DNA of 63,349 nt, the filler included, from Anaerolineae bacterium (lineage in GTDB: Bacteria; Chloroflexota; Anaerolineae; Epilineales; Epilineaceae), in the NCBI GenBank assembly GCA_029262755.1. It is 5 parts of 5 records of this genome, joined end to end, with 100 filler letters (N's around TTAATTAATTAA, not from the genome) between each part and the next. Parts side by side here need not be neighbours in the genome. Positions count along the whole stretch, not along the records: positions 57,956 to 63,349 come from JAJCYU010000107.1; 4 more parts are not named here. The stretch is one strand, 5' to 3'. A program made the translations under genes and the position numbers. The notes beneath the pieces are model-generated. The model saw nothing but the letters and a program-made list of their open reading frames with translations. It had not been told where the DNA came from and searched no databases. Below, piece by piece: positions 58,664-63,349 of the stretch; within the stretch, counting starts at the first letter, position 1, and each line of letters starts with the position of its first letter.

Positions 58664-61600
58664 TCAGTCCCCGCGGTTGGGTCCCGCGTCGTCTCTCGCA
58701 GCGGTCAGGAGCGCGTCGATCTCGGCTGCCGTGCGGTCCGAATACGGCGGGCGGATGAAGCTGCGGTGGTGGCCGGGCACCACCTGAACGCGCAAGCCGC
58801 CGCCCGCCAGGCGACGCCATCGCCGGCGCACGTGCGGCAGCCGGCCATGCGACCAGCGGGGCAATAGCAGCGTCACCTCGCCGCCGAAGGGTTCCGGGCC
58901 GATGTCGCGCGCCGCGCGCAAGACGGTCTCGAGGCCGCGATCGGTCAGGAACGCGCGCGTCGCAAGCAGCCGGCGCGAGCGTCGTGCCAGGTGATAGGGC
59001 AGCACCTGGTCGACCGTCTTGACCAGGCCGGAGTACACACCGTGCCCGGCGGCCGAGAAGCCGAACGCCGGATCGAGCAATGCCAGCAGGGCCAGCTCGC
59101 GGCCCGCGTCGCGCAGACCGCTCGCGACCGCAAGGGCGAGCCCGCCGCCCGCGCTGTAGCCGCACAATCGCACCGACCCCGTCGGCTGCGCGGTCATGAT
59201 GGCGCGCACGTAGCCGGCGGCGACGGCCTGCCCGCGCCGTTTGGTCGCGCCGCTACGCCGCTTGCGCCGCAAGCGCGGCTTTCCGCGGGCTCCACGCTCT
59301 GCGCGGACCGCGCTGCCGGCGGCTTCTAGACGCGGCTCCAACACGTACACCGGTTGCTCGGGCCCCAGCCGCTGCACGAGATCGCGTACCGCGGCCACGT
59401 TGCCATGACCGGCCGTCACGAAGAACACAGGCGGCCGGTCGCCACCCTCCTGCACGGTCACCAGGCGCGGCGTCGAGGCCGTCCGCTTCACGCGCGACCC
59501 ACGCCGCGCGATAGCGGCCGCGACGCCCGCCGCCGTCGAAGCGCCCTCGAGCGCATATGCACCGCGGATGGCAGGTCGCTGGCTCTGTGCGCCCTGGTTC
59601 TCGTGCCCGGCACCGTGCTCGTGCTCGTCACCGTGCCGGTACTCGTTCCCATCCTCGTCACCGCCCCCGTCCGCCCCACCATGCGCGCGCAGTGCGGCGG
59701 CGATGTCCGACGGGGTGTCGCCCACCACCAGATTGGAAAGCGGCAGCTCGACGCCGAAGCGGGCGTGGATGTCGGTCAGTAGTCGCACGGCCAGCAGGGA
59801 ATGGCCACCGAGATCGAAGAACGCATCGTCCGCCCCAACCGGGCCGCTATCCAGCAGGTCCTCGAAGAGCCCGGCGATGATCCGCGTTGCCGGGTCGGCG
59901 ATGGGCGCGTCTTCTTTCGCAGCATTCTCTTGCGCGCTCGACGCCGCAGCGGGTAGCGGCAGGCGCGCCTCGTCGAGCTTGCCGTTGGCGGTCAAGGGCA
60001 GCATGGCGAGCGGAACGATGTGCTGGGGGATCATCGGCCGCGGCAAACGGGCGCGCGCCCAGGCGCGGAGCGCGTCGGCTTCGGGCGCGGGGCCGCCATC
60101 GACACCGGAGGTCCATGCGACGAGCTGCTGCTCGCCCGTTGCATCATCCACGATCACGCGCACGGCGATTGCGCCGACGGAGGCATGCTCGGCGAGGACC
60201 GCCTCGATCTCGCCCGGCTCGACCCGTGCGCCGCGCAGCTTCACCTGGCGGTCCGCACGTGCCACGAACTCGAGCTGCTCATCGGCGCGGTAGCGCACCA
60301 GATCGCCGCTGCGATACATGCGTGCGGACCCGCCGACGAAGGGATCCGGCACGAAGCGCTCCGCCGTCGTATCCGGTCGGCCGAGGTAGCCGTCGCTGAC
60401 GCTGTCGCCGCCGATCCACAACTCGCCCACGACCCCGACGGGCACCGGTTGTCGCGTGGCATCCAGCACGTAGAGCCGGAAGTTGGCGCAGACCCTGCCG
60501 ATGGGAATCGAGGGCCGCCCGCGATAGTCGGGCAGCGTCGCGCGCGTGACGGGGCACAGCGTGCAGTTGATCGTCGTCTCGGTCGGGCCATAGCCGTTGG
60601 CCACCGTCGCATCGGCGCCCGGGTGCATCAGGTCGAGCACGCCCTCTACAAGCTGCGGCGTCAGCAACTCGCCTCCGAACTCTACGAAGCGCACCGTGCG
60701 CAAGGGTCGCCCCAGACGCACCAACTCGCGGCACAGCGATGGCGTCGTAAAGAGCGTGTTCACCGCACGATCGCCGATATGGTCGGTGTATGCGGCCAAC
60801 CGGGCGAGCATCGGCTCCGGGAAGATCACATAGGTCCCGCCGGAGAGCAGCGTCACAAGGATCTCGTACAAGCCGAAGTCGAAGGCATGCGACAGGTGGC
60901 CGATCGTGCGTGTGCCTTCGCCGAGACCATGCTCCGCGATACGCCAGCGCAGCACGGGCACCAGCTGCCGGTGCGTGATCGGCACGCCCTTGGGCATGCC
61001 CGTAGAGCCGGAGGTGTAGATCACGTACGCGATCGCATCGGGCTCCACGACCGGCAGCGTCGACGCATCCGAACTTCCGCTGTCGTCGCTGTCTACGTCG
61101 CTGTCTACGTCAATGCCAACGTCGATACCCACCGCGGTATGTTCGTAGACGTCGGAAACTCCCGCCGCCCTCATCTCCGCCCCCGCTTCATCCAGCATGT
61201 CCTCGAGCACGCGAACCCGCGGCGGCGCCGTCATGCCGGCCACGATGCGCCGCGCCTTGGCCTCCTGCGCGCGGTCGACGAGCAGCAGCCCGACCGCGCA
61301 GTCCGCCAACACGAGGCGGGCCCGCTCGTCCGGCTCTTCCGCCGCGATCGGCACGAAGCCGCATCCCGCATACATGGTGCCCAAGAGCCCTGCCAGTAGC
61401 GGCAAGCCTGGTTCGGCGAGCACGGCCACCAACGACGTCGCGTGGGACGAGGAGGCAGCAAGGGCCGATGACGCAGGGCGGGCCGACGATGCGTCGCGCG
61501 CTCCATTCGATTCCGGTTCCGATGGGATCGGAATCGCCGCCGCCTCCACCACCTCCGCCGCGATCGTTTGCCCCACGTCGCGCGCGACACGGCGCAGACG

Positions 61601-63349
61601 TGCGTAGCTCCACACGGTGTCGCCGTACTCGCCGGCAGGTTGCGTGGGGCGCCGCGCTGCCACGGCATCGAAGAGCGCGGCGACGCTCGTGTCGCCTTCG
61701 TAGTGGGTCGCGGCGTGCGACCAGTCTTCGAGCAGGCGGGTGCGGGTCGCGCTGCCGAGCATCGGCAGTGCTTGGACCGGACGCTCCGGCGTCTCGATCA
61801 TGCCGCGCAGCAGGTGGCGCCACTGGCCGGCCATGCGTCGGATCGTCGCGCCGTCGTAGAGGTCCGTGTTGTACTCGAAGGTGCCGATCAGCCCGTCGTC
61901 CTCCACCGCAAGCATGAGCGTGAGATCGAATTGGGCGATGCGCTGATCGAGGGCAAAGGACTCCAGGTCCAGGCCGCCCAAGTTGATGCGCGCGCCGCTC
62001 TCGCCCAGTGCAAGGGCCGTCATACCCTCCTCGGCGAGAACCTGAGCCCGTTGGAGCACGAAGAGGGTCTGGAACACCGGCGATCGGCTCGCGTCGCGCG
62101 GCGGTCGCAGCCGTTCGACGAGCGTGGAGAAGGGCAGGTCCTGATGCTCGAGGGCATCCAGCACGGTCGCCCTGACCTGCGCGATCAACGCGCCCACCGT
62201 CGCAGCGGCGCCGACGTCGATCCGCAGCGGCACGGGGTTCACGAAGTAGCCGAACACGTCCGCGAAATCCGCCCTACTACGGCCGGCGGCCGGCGAGCCG
62301 ATGACGACCTCGTCCTGACCCGTATGCCGCGCGAGCAGCAGCGCATAGCTGGCGAGCAACACCATGAACGGCGTCGCTTCGTGCTCGGCAGCGAGCGTCT
62401 TCAGACCCCGCGCCAGTGCGGGCTCAACCACCAGCCGCTCCGAAGCGCCCTCAAAGGTCTGCACGGGCGGCCGCGGACGATCGCCGACCAACGCCAAGGA
62501 CGTCGGCGCGCCGGCCAGCTTCGCCTGCCAGTAGCGCGCGTGGGCCTCTCCTTCCGGACCGGCCAGCAGCTCCGTCTGCCACCCAACGGCATCGGCAAAG
62601 GTGCTTCGCGGCGCCGGCAGCACGGCCGGTTCGCCGGCCACCTCGCCTGCGTAGAGCGTGCCAAGTTCGTCGAGCAGCATCGCGATCGACCACAGGTCGG
62701 ACAGGATGTGGTGGATCGTCAGCAGCAGGATGGGCGGCTCCGCCCCTCGCTCAAACAGATCGACCCGCCACAACGGCGCCCGGTGCAGATCCATGGCCCG
62801 CCGCGCAACCCCACCGACCTGCTCGGCCAACTGCGCCTCGTCGAGCCCACGCACGTGGTGCACATGCAACGGCAACGCCAACGCCCGATCCTCCGCCGCA
62901 TGCACCCGCTGGCGCGGCTCCCCGTCAACCATCACAAACCCGGTGCGCAAGCCCTCGTGACGCGCCATCAACCGCCGCAGCGTAGCCCGCAACGCCACCC
63001 GATCCAGCGGCGACCGCACCCGCACCGCCAACGCATTGACATAGGCCGCACTCGCCGGATCAAGCCGATGCAAAAAATAGAGCGCCCGCTGCCCCTCGGA
63101 CGCGGGAAGCACACGCGGCACGGAGGGAGGAATGTCCGTCGCCGCCAACCGCCCGTCGCCGATCGCCCCGACAGCGCGATCGGCGTCGCTCGCCCCGACT
63201 GTGCGATCGCCGTCGCTCGCCCCGGCTGCGCGGTCGCCGTCGCTCGCCCCGACTGCGCGATCGCCGTCGCTCGCCCCGGCTGCGCGATCGGCGTCGCTCG
63301 CCTCGGCTGCGCGATCGGCGTCGCTCGCCCCGACTGCGCGATCGCCGTC
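58664..63349 (-). CDS. NRPS terminal module C-A-T-TE, 5' truncated at window edge
   Basis: C: HHILSDLWS; A: YTSGSTGMPKGV, NGYGPTE, YRSGD, QVKLRGARVEPGEIE, NGK; T: FFDLGGHSL; TE: GYSAGG. Frame is open beyond TTG 63148 to the window end. Confidence 0.93.
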   Translation of the reverse strand, partial: DGDRAVGASDADRAAEASDADRAAGASDGDRAVGASDGDRAAGASDGDRTVGASDADRAVGAIGDGRLAATDIPPSVPRVLPASEGQRALYFLHRLDPASAAYVNALAVRVRSPLDRVALRATLRRLMARHEGLRTGFVMVDGEPRQRVHAAEDRALALPLHVHHVRGLDEAQLAEQVGGVARRAMDLHRAPLWRVDLFERGAEPPILLLTIHHILSDLWSIAMLLDELGTLYAGEVAGEPAVLPAPRSTFADAVGWQTELLAGPEGEAHARYWQAKLAGAPTSLALVGDRPRPPVQTFEGASERLVVEPALARGLKTLAAEHEATPFMVLLASYALLLARHTGQDEVVIGSPAAGRSRADFADVFGYFVNPVPLRIDVGAAATVGALIAQVRATVLDALEHQDLPFSTLVERLRPPRDASRSPVFQTLFVLQRAQVLAEEGMTALALGESGARINLGGLDLESFALDQRIAQFDLTLMLAVEDDGLIGTFEYNTDLYDGATIRRMAGQWRHLLRGMIETPERPVQALPMLGSATRTRLLEDWSHAATHYEGDTSVAALFDAVAARRPTQPAGEYGDTVWSYARLRRVARDVGQTIAAEVVEAAAIPIPSEPESNGARDASSARPASSALAASSSHATSLVAVLAEPGLPLLAGLLGTMYAGCGFVPIAAEEPDERARLVLADCAVGLLLVDRAQEAKARRIVAGMTAPPRVRVLEDMLDEAGAEMRAAGVSDVYEHTAVGIDVGIDVDSDVDSDDSGSSDASTLPVVEPDAIAYVIYTSGSTGMPKGVPITHRQLVPVLRWRIAEHGLGEGTRTIGHLSHAFDFGLYEILVTLLSGGTYVIFPEPMLARLAAYTDHIGDRAVNTLFTTPSLCRELVRLGRPLRTVRFVEFGGELLTPQLVEGVLDLMHPGADATVANGYGPTETTINCTLCPVTRATLPDYRGRPSIPIGRVCANFRLYVLDATRQPVPVGVVGELWIGGDSVSDGYLGRPDTTAERFVPDPFVGGSARMYRSGDLVRYRADEQLEFVARADRQVKLRGARVEPGEIEAVLAEHASVGAIAVRVIVDDATGEQQLVAWTSGVDGGPAPEADALRAWARARLPRPMIPQHIVPLAMLPLTANGKLDEARLPLPAAASSAQENAAKEDAPIADPATRIIAGLFEDLLDSGPVGADDAFFDLGGHSLLAVRLLTDIHARFGVELPLSNLVVGDTPSDIAAALRAHGGADGGGDEDGNEYRHGDEHEHGAGHENQGAQSQRPAIRGAYALEGASTAAGVAAAIARRGSRVKRTASTPRLVTVQEGGDRPPVFFVTAGHGNVAAVRDLVQRLGPEQPVYVLEPRLEAAGSAVRAERGARGKPRLRRKRRSGATKRRGQAVAAGYVRAIMTAQPTGSVRLCGYSAGGGLALAVASGLRDAGRELALLALLDPAFGFSAAGHGVYSGLVKTVDQVLPYHLARRSRRLLATRAFLTDRGLETVLRAARDIGPEPFGGEVTLLLPRWSHGRLPHVRRRWRRLAGGGLRVQVVPGHHRSFIRPPYSDRTAAEIDALLTAARDDAGPNRGD
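63149..63349 (-). repeat. 27-bp in-frame tandem repeat (~7 copies) in NRPS linker
   Basis: Units start at 63176, 63203, 63230, 63257, 63284, 63311 and 63338, with a degenerate one at 63149; encodes A(V/A)GASD(A/G)DR. Confidence 0.85.

Noticed and set aside
63149..63349. CRISPR-like appearance of the 27-bp repeat
   Set aside because: Head-to-tail with no spacers, in frame with the NRPS, and no cas genes.
1..63349. tRNA, rRNA, transposase, integrase or prophage genes
   Set aside because: None recognised by eye.

Overview
GC-rich bacterial draft or metagenome-bin sequence made of five contigs joined by artificial N44-TTAATTAATTAA-N44 spacers (6469-6568, 19823-19922, 27925-28024, 57856-57955), so adjacency across spacers is not evidence of linkage. 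Gene content suggests Chloroflexota, Anaerolineae-like (inference). Contig 1 is a CsoR copper-homeostasis island: csoR, a cupredoxin lipoprotein, two CopZ/HMA chaperones, a DsbD-like/cupredoxin fusion, a small lipoprotein and a multicopper oxidase. It carries four G/C-tract operators and an unnamed ~40-aa C-H-x-M...M-G-x-C module present five times in three proteins. Contig 2 holds an alpha/beta hydrolase, a CAP protein, a DEDDh exonuclease, an FG-GAP propeller protein, and three translationally coupled, secreted, Cys-containing paralogues of unknown function divergent from a large DUF11-type surface protein. Contig 3 holds Thr/Pro-rich, vWA and DUF4397-type surface proteins and an InhA-like fragment. 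Contig 4 holds yacL(3' end)-ridA-rpsA-clpC, three ECF sigma/anti-sigma pairs, polA, ferredoxin, folD, rsfS (probable CTG start), a subtilase, a beta-propeller, an S4 protein, arcA and SHOCT-like genes. Contig 5 holds a TipA-like MerR regulator and a terminal NRPS module (C-A-T-TE). Best novelty candidates: the secreted paralogue trio, the CHxM-MGxC copper module, and a short hydrophobic-aromatic-L-P motif shared by seven exported proteins. All family calls are by eye from motifs; no database searches were run.
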